Below, one piece after another: positions 27,500 to 40,487 of a stretch of 64,000 nucleotides of DNA (its first letter is position 1; each line of letters starts with the position of its first letter). The DNA lies in NCBI GenBank assembly GCA_965287045.1, contig OZ336876.1:65534001-65598000 (forward strand). Reading direction: 5' to 3'. The notes below the pieces were generated by a model that ran no database searches, was not told the origin of the DNA, and was given only the letters and a program-made list of their open reading frames with translations. This stretch comes from Carcharhinus amblyrhynchos (Eukaryota). A program made the position numbers and the translations under genes.

Positions 27500-30260
27500 G
27501 CGGAAGTCCAGGGTGATATCTTGCCTCCCTGGTCCTAGGGTCAAGGTGGTCAAACAGCTTTCAGAGTACTCAGAGGGTGCTAGCAGTCGTGATCCACATG
27601 GTAGCAATTACGTAGGTAGAAAGAGGCTCAAGATGCTGCAGTCAGAATTTAGGGAGCTAGGTAGGAAATTAGCAATCAGGACCACAAAAGTAATAATTTC
27701 TGGAGCTGGTACTATGTGAAAGTGAGTATGTAAATTGGAGGATAGAGCAGTTGAATGTGTGGCTAGGGCAAAGGTGAAGAGAGAAGAGTTTTGGATTCCT
27801 GGGGCATTAGGATCAGTTTTTCAGGGGGTGAAAATTGTACAGGTCTGTTGTTGCACCTGAACAGATCCAGGATTAATTTCCTTGCCAGTGCAACTGGGGA
27901 GGCCTTAAGCTATCTTGGCAGAGGTATGGGAACTAGAACATAATACTACACACAAAAGGTGCAACGAATATTGGGAGAGACATAATATATCAAAGTAGGA
28001 AATAGTTAGGTAAAGTATTAGGTGGGTTCAGCACAAGAAGAAAAGTAACAAAGTTGAAATGAGGGTTACAGTTCATGCATGTGAATGTGCAGTTTGTAGT
28101 AAATAAGATTGCTGAGTTCCAGGTGCAGATAGCCATGTGGAAATATGATCCTATGGACCAAAGAAGGGTAGGAAGGGATATTGGAAGGGTCCATTTTGCT
28201 CTCGAATCGGGCACGGAGGAGGGAGAAAGTGCCTCAGCTTGCTGGATTTTTGTTCCAGGCCCACCACCCCCTAGGAACAGCGTGAAGACAGTCACAGGAT
28301 GGAGTGGCATAGTGATATTGTCACTGGATGAGCAATCCAAAGACTCGAGATAACATTCTGGGGACTTGGGTTCAAATCCCATTATGGCAGGATGCGAAAT
28401 TTGAATTTAAAAATCTGAAATTACAGAGGCACTGGACATTATTTTTTCAATCTTTCTTAGACTCAGGGAGAATTGCAAATATTACACCTTTACTTAAAAA
28501 AGGGTGCAAGGATAAATCCAGCGATCACAGGTTACATTATCCTTGGTATGGGAGATATTTTACACCATAATTTGGAACAAAATTGATAGCAACTTGAGTA
28601 AGGAAAGCCATCATGTATTTGTTACGGGCAAATCATGTTTAACTAATTTGCCGGGATTTTTTGATGAGATGATAGAGAGGGTTGATGAGGGTAACGCTAC
28701 TGATGTGGTTTACATGGACTTCCAAAAGGCATTCTGGGTCCACCACCTGGGGGTGGTGGGCCCGTAACAAAAACCCAGCAAGCCGAGGCACTTTCTCCCT
28801 CCTCTCCATGCCCGATTCAAGACCAAAACAGGCTCTTCCAATATCCCCTCCTGCCCTTCTTTGGTCCATAGGATCATATTTCCACATGGCTATCTGCACC
28901 TGGAACTCAGCAATTTTATTCACCACAAACTGCACATTCACATGCATGCACTGTAATCCTCATTTAGACTTCACTACTTTTCCTCCTGTGCTGAACCCAG
29001 CTAATACTTTACCTTACTATTTCCTACTTTGATACAATATGTCTCTCCCAACATTCGTTGCACCTTTTGTGTTTAGTATTACATTCTAGTTCCCATACCT
29101 CTGCCAAGATAGCTTAACGCCTCCCCAATTGCACTGGCAAGGAAATTGATCCTGGATCTGTTTAGGTACAGTCCTGTACAATTTTCATCTCTTGAAAAAC
29201 TGATCCTAATGCCCCAGGAATCCTGTTATACTTATATGGTGAAGTGCTATATAACAAGTTTGCGAACAAAATTAGAGCTCATGAAGTAAAAGAAAAACAT
29301 GGATACTAAATTGGCAGTGGCAGCCACAGGGAATAGAGTAGCTAGTGAACAGTGTTTTTTTTTGGGCACAAGAAAGGACATTTCTCTCCCTAATGTATAT
29401 CATTGGCCTAGGCCTTGGTGTACAGGGCACAATTTCAAACTTTGCAGATATTTGAAGTATAGTGAACCATGAGCAGGGTAGTGTAGAACTTAGAAGGAAC
29501 ATAGATATGTTGGTGAAATGAGTGGCAGATGAAATTTAATGCAGAGAAGTGAGAGATATTTCACTTTGGTAGGAAGAATACAGAGAGACAATATAAAATA
29601 AAGAGTAGGGCACAATTCTAAAAAGAGGGTAGCAGAGCAGAGGTACCTGGGTGTATATGTGCATAAAATCATTGAAGATGGCAGGTTGAGAGAATGGTTA
29701 ATAAAGCAAATGGTAATCTTGGCATTATCAAAGGAAGTTTGATTAAAATTGTATAAAACACTGATTCAATTTCAAATGGATTATTGTGTCTCATTCTGAG
29801 AACCATACTACGAGGACGACATGAAGATATCAGAGTCGGTGCAGAAAAGACTCACAAGAATGTATCCCTCATACCTTGAGCCAGTCAAGTGGAAAGATTG
29901 GAGAAGAGAAAGTCGAGAGGAGATTTTATGGAGGTATTCAAAATCATAAAGGGTCTGGAAAGAGTGCATAAAGATCAAGTACCAGAGAGGATAGATTTAA
30001 GCTAATAGACAAAAGGAGCAATCGCTACATGAGAAATAAATTTTCCATGCAGTGAACGGTTATTATCTATGACGCAGAGCCTTAGAGAAACAGTCAATAG
30101 AGATTTTTAAGAATGGAATTGGATCACTAGGTGAAAGAGAAAAAATTGCAGGCTTGCGAGGGAACCAAAAACAGGGAGCGGCACTAGATGAATTTCTTCT
30201 TCAGAGCGTCAACACAGAGTTAGCCAAATAGTCCCCCTCTGTGCTATAATTATTCTATGA
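27500..30260 (+). mobile_element. Old rearranged CR1 (ORF1 esterase remnant, fragments of EN and RT, 3'UTR) containing an inverted duplication
   Basis: CLPG.RV and KVIISG (ORF1); GKSCLTNL, DVVYMDFQKAF (RT); decayed RT C-terminus at 29400-30100; tail tgtgctataattattctatg. Confidence 0.85.
27793..29223. repeat. ~480-bp inverted repeat (arms 27793-28275 and 28746-29223)
   Basis: The arms are reverse complements along their length. The ORF track shows mirrored peptides MHVNVQFVVNKIAEFQVQIAMWKYDPMDQRR at 28075(+) and 28947(-). Confidence 0.95.
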
Positions 30261-31097
30261 AAACTGCAAATGCAGAGCGTTTTTTTCTGATAATGTCATC
30301 TGCATGTTGCTTTTCGGATGTACATCTGATTCCAGAAGCTGGCACTGGCCTTAGACTGTGTTGCTGCTGAGTTCCAGCCTCTTCACATATGACTGCTTGC
30401 TAAGATCAGGTTAGGTGATAAAGCTGATGGCTAAAATGGACTATGAGATGAAATCAAATCTCCAGTATCCTGGTGTTATGTAAAGTGTTTAGCTGACTTG
30501 TTGATAGTTCACTGATTTTGATCAATTTTCAGATCAGCAATTTGAGGTACAGAAGTTGGTCATGCTGCTGGCACGTTAAGGCCACACTGAAAAAACACTG
30601 GATCATATTCAGCATGTGTTTTCTTTGTGTGTTGCTGTTAACACTACACTTATACTACCTCTTTAATCCATCTGAAATCGCTTTGCAGCAAAAACAGCAG
30701 CACAGCTGGCTTATAATTGATTTCAATGACATAAAATATCTTTTGTTTACCAAAATTACATGGCTTCTACTATTAATTCCAACTCATGTGTTCACTTAGA
30801 TATACAAAATACTCAAGACTAGCAGAAAAGATACAAATTATCAAATTCGCTATAATATTACACCTGCAGAATTAGCAAAAACCTTGTTTCAGTAAGTCAA
30901 CGCCGAACAAGATTAGAAAGAGATCCCAGATATTTAAAATACAGACTGAATGTACGTACATTTATAGGTAGTGCAAAATTAATTGTGTTAAGGCACAGTC
31001 CAATAATTAAATATTAATGTGATTTTTTTTTGTATTCAATTACCCCACAACCAAATGGTATATTTATTTATTTTCCCTTATCAAGGGTTTAGGCAAG

Positions 31098-31403
31098 GCC
31101 TCAAGATAAGGTGGGGGGGGGGGGGGGTGCAGTTTAGAACAGAGTTGAGGAGGAACTTCTTCACTCAAAGGGTGGTGAATCTCTGGAATTCTCTGCCTGT
31201 TGAAGTGGTGGAGGCTTCCTCGCTAAATATATTTAAGATGCGGGTGGATATGTTTTTGGTAGGCAAGGGGATTAAGGGTTATGGGGAGAAAGCGGGAAAG
31301 TGGAACTGAGCCACTTCAGATCAGCCATGATCTTATTGAATGGCGGGGCAGGCTCGAAGGGCTAGATGGCCTACTCCTGCTCCTATTTCTTATGTTCTTA
31401 TGT
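31098..31403 (+). mobile_element. 3' fragment of the same young CR1 family
   Basis: Matches 37371-37667 (FRTELRRNFFTQRVVNLWNSLP...KWN, 3'UTR, ttatgttc tail). Confidence 0.93.
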
Positions 31404-31464
31404 TTACAGGACTATACCAACAAATCCAATTAATCAACGTCCATAAACATCTGACTTTTTATAA

Positions 31465-32150
31465 CAAGCTTGGATTTATATAGCACCTTTATCATAATAA
31501 AACAATTCATGGTGTTTTACAGAAGTATTGTAAAACAAAATTTGACACTGAGCTATATAAGTTGTTCTTAGGCCAAATGGATAAAAGCTTGATCAAGGAG
31601 GTATGTTTTAAGGAGATTCTTTAAAGGGAAGAAAGAGTGATAGGGAGAGAATTTCAGAACTTTAGAGTAAGGTAGCTTAGAAGTCATCAAAGATCGTCAG
31701 GGATGCTCAATGAGCCAGAATTAAGGAAGCCCAGATATCTTACAAGGCTGTGGACTGAAGGAGATTACAGAGATGGGGAGTCTGAGGAAGCAAAATGATT
31801 TGAAAACACAGATGATAATTTTAAAAACAATGCACTGCTTGACCAAGAGCCAATGTCAGTCAGCGAGCACTGGAGGAATGGGTGGATAGGGGTTGGTGCA
31901 AATACAAGAGTGTCTGATATGTGGATGACCTCAAGTTTACAGGGGATAGTACTTAGCAGGTCAGCCAGAGATGCATTGAAATAAATCAGTCTATCAGTAA
32001 TAAGGTATAGGTGAGGGTTTCCGCACCATGAACTGAGGCAGGGTCAAGGTGGATTATGTTACAACATGGAAATTGGTAGCCTTAGGTGATAGCATGGATA
32101 TGCAGATCGAAGCTCACCTCAGGATTAAACGTGACATCAAGGTTGCAAAC
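31465..32150 (-). mobile_element. Old L2 LINE 3' fragment
   Basis: Reverse of the L2-type tail aaggtgctatataaatccaag followed by decayed body. A plus-strand L2 RT piece (QNSA....PITPVLADL.WL) lies near 58410-58680. Confidence 0.7.
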
Positions 32151-32965
32151 TCCAACACAAATTACTCATAACAATATAATTTATGAACTAAGAAATAAAT
32201 TTGAAGAAATTGACCGACACAATCAGATTTTGGAGCCCAATCCCATCCTACTGTCTCTCTCCTACGTCAAGCCTTTGGGCACCAAATGACAGTTCAACTG
32301 GGAAGGTTCCATTGCCTTCAGTTCTCCATTACAAACACAATTCCCTCGTCACTGATGGAGTGGCAGTTTTCCTGGCAATTGTTTGAGGCTGAACCAAACT
32401 GTTTGCATCCTTAGCGTCGTATTTCATTCAAGAAAAATCACCCCTTATAACAATATCTATCCACCAGTGGCTCATTGCTAAGTATTTACTGATTATGAGT
32501 TTCAGTGTATTGGACTGGGAGCAGTGGAGGTGACTTGCTGCCATAGTTCCTTCAGTCCTATACAAGATGAACTCCAAGTAAGTAAGTCATAGTAAATATC
32601 AGTCTGTTCTTGCATAATAATTGTTTAAGCATTCAATAATCACTATGTCCAAAGAAGAGAAAGATGGACCAGTCAAGACTCCAACAAGAAGCAAATCAAT
32701 AAGATTATGTACCATAACAGATTAGTCAGATTAGCATTGTACCAATGAGCATCATATAAAATGAGCTGGCATCACAAGATGCAAACTAGGTTAACATTCT
32801 ATTGATCAACTGTGCACTACAGGAGTGGGTTCTCCGTTTGCCTCAGAACAAAATCTAAACCTAAAAGATTGAGTTTACAATTTATTTTTAAAGACGTATT
32901 TAATACAGAAAGGAAATTTCCTTCCCTTTCTCTAGAGCCTAAAACAATTAAGATTTTTTGCTTAC

Positions 32966-33167
32966 CACAGACAGAACCCCGGACTAATCTTCGTAAATGT
33001 GGCCTGTCAGGGAGGTAGCGATACTTGCATCCAAAAATACTTAGGTTTGAAGTATGGTCACCAAAGAAACGAAGCTGCCGATACATTTCCCCACAACGGT
33101 AGCAAAAGTTAGTGTTGCACTGCGAGCAGTTCATGTGATCGCAGCCTTCTGTCCTCTGGATATGAAT
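32966..33167 (-). CDS. RNF217: RNF217 coding exon 4 (RING2 with catalytic Cys in GCDHM)
   Basis: aaag|ATT acceptor, TGT G|gtaag donor, 202 nt, phase 0/1. IHIQRTEGCDHMNCSQCNTNFCYRCGEMYRQLRFFGDHTSNLSIFGCKYRYLPDRPHLRRLVRGSVC. Confidence 0.96.
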
Positions 33168-34260
33168 CTTTTATTGCAAAAAAAAATTAGCAGCATGCAT
33201 TAGGACACAATTTTAAACAAGAATCATAGAAACCTGTTTAAGGAGTTAGACTATATGTCTACAGCTCTCAAATCCATGTAATGTGTCAGTTTGGTCAGTT
33301 CATTAAAGCCATTAGAGATGGACAAGCAACTTTTGAATCTCTCCCTATACCACTGAAAAATTTTGGATGCATACAGCAATGTCTCCAAGAGAGATGGTTC
33401 TGTAAAAGTGTTTCATTTAGCAGCCAAAGGACCACGGGTGGTAAGCAAGCTTACTGAGGGAGTGCAGCTTTATGTAAATTAATAAGGGCACTCTAAATCA
33501 TCACTCAGGAGTGTAAATGCCCAACATATTAAGGTATGAAATTTGGGGGAGGGCAAGGAGAACTTTGGCTGCAATCAATGAAAGATGCAAATTTTACTCA
33601 GAAAAGTGCTTTACTTATCCTCAATAATTTGAAGAGGAAACAAGAGTCTGAAAAAGATTCTAAACTACTTATGCGAGTGGAAAAAATGGCAGCAAATGGA
33701 ATATAACATGGAGAAATTTAATGTTATCCATTTTTATAGGAGAATAGGAAATCAAAATATTTTTAAAGAATGAGAAATTATTAAATGTAGGTGTTCAGAC
33801 ATTTTAACATTCAGATACAGCAAATAATTAGGAAGGTATTGGGTACGTGGCCTTTCATTGAAAGGTGGTTGGAGAACAGAGTAAGGAAATCTAGCTGCAA
33901 TTGTGCAGTGCTTTGGCGAGACCACACCTGTAGTATTGTTTCTTTTTAATACAAGTTCTTGGATGTCAGTGCCACTGGCAAGACCCACATTTGTTGCTCA
34001 TTTCCAATTTCCCTCCAGAAGATGGTGGTGAGCCTCTTAAATGAAGCGCTGGAAATCCATGTGGTGTAGGTATACCGACAGCGCTACCAGCAAGAGAATT
34101 CCAGGATCCTGACACAGCGACAGTGAAGAAACAAAGATACAAGTTCCAAGGCAGAACAGCATGTTAATTGGAGGGGAACTTGCAGGTAGTTGTTTTTCTA
34201 TGTGCCTGCTGCCCTTGTTCTGGTAGAAATCATGGGTTTGGACAGTGCTGACAAGAAGCA

Positions 34261-37200
34261 CTGTGGGTGCCGGCGACGTAAGCAAAATGCAGACTGAGGA
34301 TCTGGGGAGGGAGTATGAAAAGCTGGGAATGGAATTAAAAAGTAGAACCGACAAGGTGGTCATCTCTGGGCTACTGCCTGAACCGTGTGCAGATGGACGT
34401 AGGGTTGACAGGATTAAGGAAGTGAATGGGTGGCTCAGGGATTGGTGTGGGAGGAATGGGTTTGAATTTATGGGGCATTGGCACCAGTATTGGGGTAGGT
34501 GGGACCTGTTCGGGCGGGATGGGGTTGGTCTGAACCGTGCTGGGACCAGAGTGCTGGCGAATCGAGTAAGGAGGACTGTAGACAGGGCTTTAAACTAATT
34601 AGGGGGGGGGGAGGGTGCGAGGGTAGGTGATGGTACAAGGTCTAAAGTTAAGGAGAGTGTACATGTAAGGGAAGAGGCCGAGGATGTCCCAATAATAGAG
34701 GGATTAGGGGGCGTGAGTATAGTTGGTGGCGTTGCGGCAAATAGGGTCCAGGTGAAGGCTGGGATGAAAGCACTTTATCTGAATGCACGAAGCATTCGGA
34801 ATAAAGTGGATGAGCTGGTGGCGCAGATCGACACAAATGGATACGATCTGGTGGCCATTACAGAGACGTGGCTGCAGGGTGACAGGGACTGGGAGCTGAA
34901 TGTACAGGGCTATCAAGTGTTTAGGAAGGATAGGCAGGAGGGAAAAGGGGGGGGCGTAGCTCTGCTGATTAAGGATAGCATCACGGTGGTAGCAAGGGAT
35001 GATATTGGAGCCAAGGAGCAGAGGGTGGAATCGTTGTGGGTGGAGATTAGGAACAGCAAAGGGAGGAAGACGCTGGTGGGTGTCGTCTATAGGCCTCCGA
35101 ATAATGATCTGGAGGTGGGACGGGCTGTTAACGCGCAAATAAGTGCGGCGTGCAGGAATGGGACGGCCGTAGTTATGGGGGATTTCAATCTGCATATTGA
35201 TTGGTGGACCCATGTTGGACGTGGGGGGCTCGAGGAAGAGTTCTTGGAATGCTGCTGGGATAGTTTCCTCGAACAGTGTGTGTTGGAGCCGACGAGGGAG
35301 CGAGCTATCTTGGATCTGGTGCTATGTAATGAGGCGGGTAGAATTAGGTACCTTGTGGTGAAGGATCCTCTTGGGGAGAGTGATCATTGTATGGTAAAGT
35401 TTCTGGTGCAGATGGAGGAGGAGAAAGTGGGTTCCCGGACACGCGTCCTTTGTTTGAATACAGGGAAGTACGGTAGGATGAGAGAAGAATTGGCGAATGT
35501 GGACTGGGGGTGCGCGTTGGAGGGAGGGTCTGTTAAGGAGCAGTGGAGGATCTTTAAGGAGATCTTTCTTGGTGCTCAGCGGAAATTTATTCCGATGGTC
35601 AAAAAGGATAGTAGGAGGAGAGGTAATAAGCCGTGGATAACGAAGGAGGTGAAGGAAAGTGTTAAACTAAAAGCGGAGGAATTTAGAGTAGCTAAGAGTA
35701 GTGGGCGAGAAGAGGATTGGGAGAGGTTTAAATGTCAACAAAGATTGACAAAGAAGTTGAAAAAGAAGGGTAGGAGAAACTATGAAGCTGGGCTAGCGCT
35801 TAATATAAAAAAGGATAGCAAGAGTTTTTATAAATATATAAAAAGGAAGAGGCTGGCTAGGGTGAATGTTGGTCCTTTAGAGGATGAGAAAGGGGACCTA
35901 GTGGTAGGGGATGGGGATATGGCTAAGGTATTGAATAACTTCTTTGTTTCTGACTTCACGGAGGAGGACATGAATAATTTGCTGGGTGTTAGCGATGGAA
36001 AGGTGGTAGGACTGGAGGGTCTTAATGACATTACTGTTACTAGAGAGGTGGTGCTCGACAGACTGGAGGGGCTGATTGTGGACAAGTCCCCAGGACCGGA
36101 TGGAATGCATCCGAGGGTTCTGAAAGAAATGGCGGAGGTTATACTGGATGCCTTGGTGGTTATTTTCCAAACGTCGCTGGATTCCGGGGAAGTGCCGGAT
36201 GATTGGAAAACGGCTAATGTTACGCCGTTGTTTAAGAAGGGTGCCAGGCAAAAGGCGGGGAATTATAGGTCGGTTAGTTTAACGTCTGTGGTAGGTAAAA
36301 TGTTAGAATCTGTCATTAAGGAGGAAATTGCGAGGCATCTTGAAGGGAATTGCTTGATAGAGCAGACGCAGCACGGTTTCATTAAAGGGAAGTCGTGTCT
36401 GACAAATTTACTGGAGTTCTATGAGGATGTGTCTAGGGCGGTGGATAGAGGAGAGCCGGTGGTTGTGGTCTTTCTAGATTTTCAGAAGGCGTTTGACAAA
36501 GTGCCTCACAAGAGGTTATTGCAGAAGGTCGAGGGACATGGAGTGGGGGTAGGGTGTTAGCGTGGATAGATTGGTTGTCAAATAGGAGGCAGAGAGTGGG
36601 GGTCAACGGGTGCTATTCGGATTGGTGGATGGTGACTAGTGGAGTGCCCCAGGGGTCGGTGCTGGGGCCTCAGCTATTTACCATTTATATAGATGATCTG
36701 GAGGAGGGAACCAAGTATAGAGTGTCGAAATTTGCTGATGACACCAAGATTGGGGGAACGGCAAATTGTGCGGAGGGTGTGGAGAGTCTGCAGAAGGATC
36801 TAGATAGGCTGGGCGAATGGGCCAGGAAATGGCAAATGGAATTTAATGTTGGCAAGTGCGAGGTGGTCCACTTTGGTAGGAAGAATGGTAGGAAGGACTA
36901 TTACTTACGGGGCAAAAAACTGCAGCAGGCGACGGTGCAGAGGGACCTCGGGGTCCTTGTGCATGAGTCGCAAAAACCCAGCTTGCAGGTGCAGCAGGTG
37001 GTCAGGAAGGCGAATGGGATGCTGGCCTTCATAGCAAGGGGGATTGAATATAAAAGTAGGGAGGTCTTGCTGCAGCTGTATAGGGCATTGGTGAGGCCGC
37101 AGCTGGAGTACTGTGTGCAGTTTTGGGCGCCGCACCTGCGCAAAGATATTTTGGCCTTGGAGGGAGTGCAGAGGAGGTTTACTAGGCTGATACCGGAGTT

Positions 37201-37667
37201 GAGGGGGTTGAGCTATGAGGAGAGGCTGAATAAACTGGGCTTGTACTCGTTAGAGTTTAGAAGAATGAGGGGAGATCTCATTGAGACGTATAAGATGATG
37301 AATGGGATGGATAGGATAGAGGTGGAAAGACTCTTCCCGCTCAAAAAAGACAGTAGGACTAGGGGGCACAGCCTCAAGATAAAAGGGGGGCAGTTTAGAA
37401 CGGAGTTGAGGAGGAACTTCTTCACTCAAAGGGTGGTGAATCTCTGGAATTCTCTGCCCGTTGAAGTGGTGGAGGCTGCCTCGCTAAATATTTTTAAGAC
37501 GCGGGTTGATGGGTTTTTGATAGGAGAGGGGATTAAGGGTTATGGGGAGAGGGCGGGAAAGTGGAACTGAGCAGCGACAGATCAGCCATGATCTTATTGA
37601 ATGGCGGGGCAGGCTTGAAGGGCTGGATGGCCTACTCCTGCTCCTATTTCTTATGTTCTTATGTTCT
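34261..37667 (+). mobile_element. Young near-full-length CR1 LINE (ORF1 esterase C-terminus, ORF2 APE endonuclease plus RT), copy B
   Basis: ORF1 remnant to 34598 (VVISGLLP...WLRDWC...FGRDG.GLN..G, SGNH-type). ORF2 34713-37570 has YLNARS, AITETWL, GDFN, SDH and RT motifs, with one frameshift near 36545. Tail (ttatgttc)n. Apparent TSD aagca at 34256-34260 and 37668-37672, splitting an older minus-strand LINE tail. Confidence 0.96.
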
Positions 37668-39760
37668 AAGCATGGCGAATACCTGCAGTGTATTTTGTTT
37701 GTTCATTTATGAGACGTGGCTGCTGCCAGCTAGCCCCATCTCTAATGCCCCTTGAAGCTGGTGGCGAGCAGCCTTCTAGAACTGCTGCAATCCATGTGGT
37801 GCAGGTATACCCACATTACTGTTAGGGAGTTCCAGAATTTTGACCCAGTGAGAGTGAAGGAATGGCAATATATTTGAATTAGAAGATGATGAATGATTTG
37901 GAGGGGAACTTCATGGTGATGACGTTCCCACACATCTACTGCACTTGTTCTTCTAGATAGTAGCAGTCATGGGTTTGGAAGATGCTGACTAAGGGGCCCT
38001 GGTGAGTTGCTGCAGTTATTTTGTAGATGGTACATACTGTTGCCACTGTTTGTTAGTGGTGGAGAGCGTGAATGTTTGTGGAAGGAGTCTAATTATGTGG
38101 ACTGCTTTGCCCTCAATAGTGTCAAGCTTCTTGAGTGATTCATGCAAGTGGAGATTAGTCCATCACTCTCCTGACTTGTGCCTTGTAGATGGTGGACAGA
38201 TTTTGCTGAGTCAGGAAGAGTTATTTACCACAGGATTCTGAACCTCTGATCTGCTCTTGTTGCCACAGTATTTATATGGTTAGTCCAGTTCAGTTTCTGG
38301 TTAATGGTACTCCCAGGATGTTAGCATTAGGAAATTTAGCAATGCCTTTGAACGTCAGGCACACAGTTAGTGAGGGGAGACTTTGGCCCGAGTGAAACAG
38401 AGGCTAAGTGAATATATTTGAGAATTTGGTGTGGGGGGGTGAGGGGGTGAGGGGTGAGGTGGGGAAATAGGTGCTTTAGGTAGGGTTTACTACAAAAAGT
38501 AAAGTACAAGGATCGGTGAAGGGCAGAGAGGAGGTGCTTTTTCTTGTACTTATTTGCCATAGGCAGCATGTACAAGTTGGACCAAATGGCCTGTTTCCAT
38601 GCTGTAAACCTCTGACTCCAGTATTTGATTCCACATTGGTGCAGACTTTTATCAGTTCTTTATTGTTTTACCACTATCATAAAGTTTACTGGCAGTGTCA
38701 AAACCTATTGAGAGGTGCAGGCCTTACTAATTATAAATTAATTAGCAATTATTAATTAATTAACACACATTATAAATGGCAAGGCAGGTGACGTGCTGCA
38801 ATTGCAGGATGTGAGAGGTTCTGGATACTAGTGTGATCCAAGGCAAACAACTGTGTATTTGCAGCTGCAGGAAATTAGGCTCCAAGAGCCCAATTGAGCA
38901 GAGGCCAAGTTACAGTCACTGTTGCACATCAGTGAGAGGAAAGTTAGCTGGCCATTTTATTCCAGGAGGTGGTCACATACCTTAGAATAGGGTCTTCTGG
39001 TTTGGACAGTGATCAGGTTTAAGATTGTGAGACTGCAAGTGAGGAAAGTAAGGGGGCCCCAGAGGGCAGGGGTGCAGGAGACCCAGCCCTTGCAATTGTC
39101 CAACAGATTTGAAATTTTCAGAGCATGGTTGAATGGGTGGTATTGCAGGGTGGATGAGCTAACTGGCCACGGAATTGTGGTATAGGAAACCGTTCAAGCA
39201 GGGGAAGTTACAAATAATGTATTGGTAGTAGGGGACAGTATTGTCAGAAGGATTGACACCATTCTCTTCAGCAAAGTATGAGTGTTCAGACAGCTGTATT
39301 GCCTGACCAGTACCAGGGATTAGGACATCTACTTGGGGCTGGAAAGGAACTTGCAGTCGGAGGCGGAAGGACACATTCATCATGGTCTATACAGGTACCA
39401 ATGACATAAGTAAGACCAGTATGAGGAATGAGATAACAAATTAAGAAACAGAATCTCAAATGATCATAGTCTTTGGATTATTAGCCGAGCTACTTGCAAA
39501 CTTGCATTAGGCAAATCAGATTAAAAGGAGAAGATGACATGATTCAAAGATCAGTGTGGGAGAAGTTTGTAGGGCACAGATACCAATCTGTACCTCTGGA
39601 ACGTCGACACCTGAACTGTGCTAAGAGTGGTGTTTTTGTGAGTCATGTAAGTTGGAAAGTACAAAAGGATTTTAAACTAGATAATGGGGACAAGGGATCA
39701 ACTTTGGGAAGATGTTGTATCTCAAACGAATAGGGACACAGCAAAAGAGAAAGGTATTTT

Positions 39761-40487
39761 TGTGTGATGATGATAGTAGTGCAATTGATATGGATGTATA
39801 TATTGCTTTTTTGTATTTAAAGGGGGATGTTTTAAAAGTTAGCTTTATTTACAGGTATGTCTGAAGGGACGGAGCTCAGATTTTGGGAGAGCAGGATAAT
39901 TACTCATTTCAACCTTGCATGTGGTTAAGTAGAGTTGATGGACTTTTGTTTACTTAAGGTCCTATGCTATTTCCAATTAGAGTGATTTACAGTGTAATGT
40001 GATGATATGATTTGTGTGTGTAGAAGAAAGTCTTTTGCAGAAAGGAGTTGTGAGTTTGGCAATTCTGGTTGAAGTCAGGAGAATTTTGATGGATTTTCAA
40101 AGTTTTGTATCTCTCCGAAAACTCCAAGGCTGTCTACATTTACAATAGCAAGTATATTTGTGGTTGCTAACTATATTTAATGTGGCCTTTAAGTCTTAGA
40201 GGAATGTTGTTTATTTGGAACTGAAACAGTGATAAATTAGAAATTAAAATCGTTTCATTTTAAAATATTGTTCAATTTTTAATAGTCAAGTTGCTTTATT
40301 TGTTACAGTTATATTTAATCAGTGATCTTAAATAGAGTTTGTTTTACTATAAACAATCCCTACTTAATCAATGGATGCATTCCTGGAGCAAAGCATCTTT
40401 TCTTCATGTAATGTCAAAATAGAAAAATTGTTGGGGTTTAGTTTGGCATCATAATTTGCCTTGGGGTTCTGGTCCAGGATGCTAACA
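39761..40487 (+). mobile_element. Candidate solo LTR inserted between CR1 ORF1 and ORF2
   Basis: ~730-bp non-CR1 block beginning TG and ending ...ggtccaggatgctaaCA; CR1 spacer sequence resumes on either side. No clear TSD. Confidence 0.45.

Noticed and set aside
34713-37570. RT/endonuclease ORFs as a host gene or novel RT system
   Set aside because: Canonical CR1 ORF2 with ORF1 remnant, tail and TSD.
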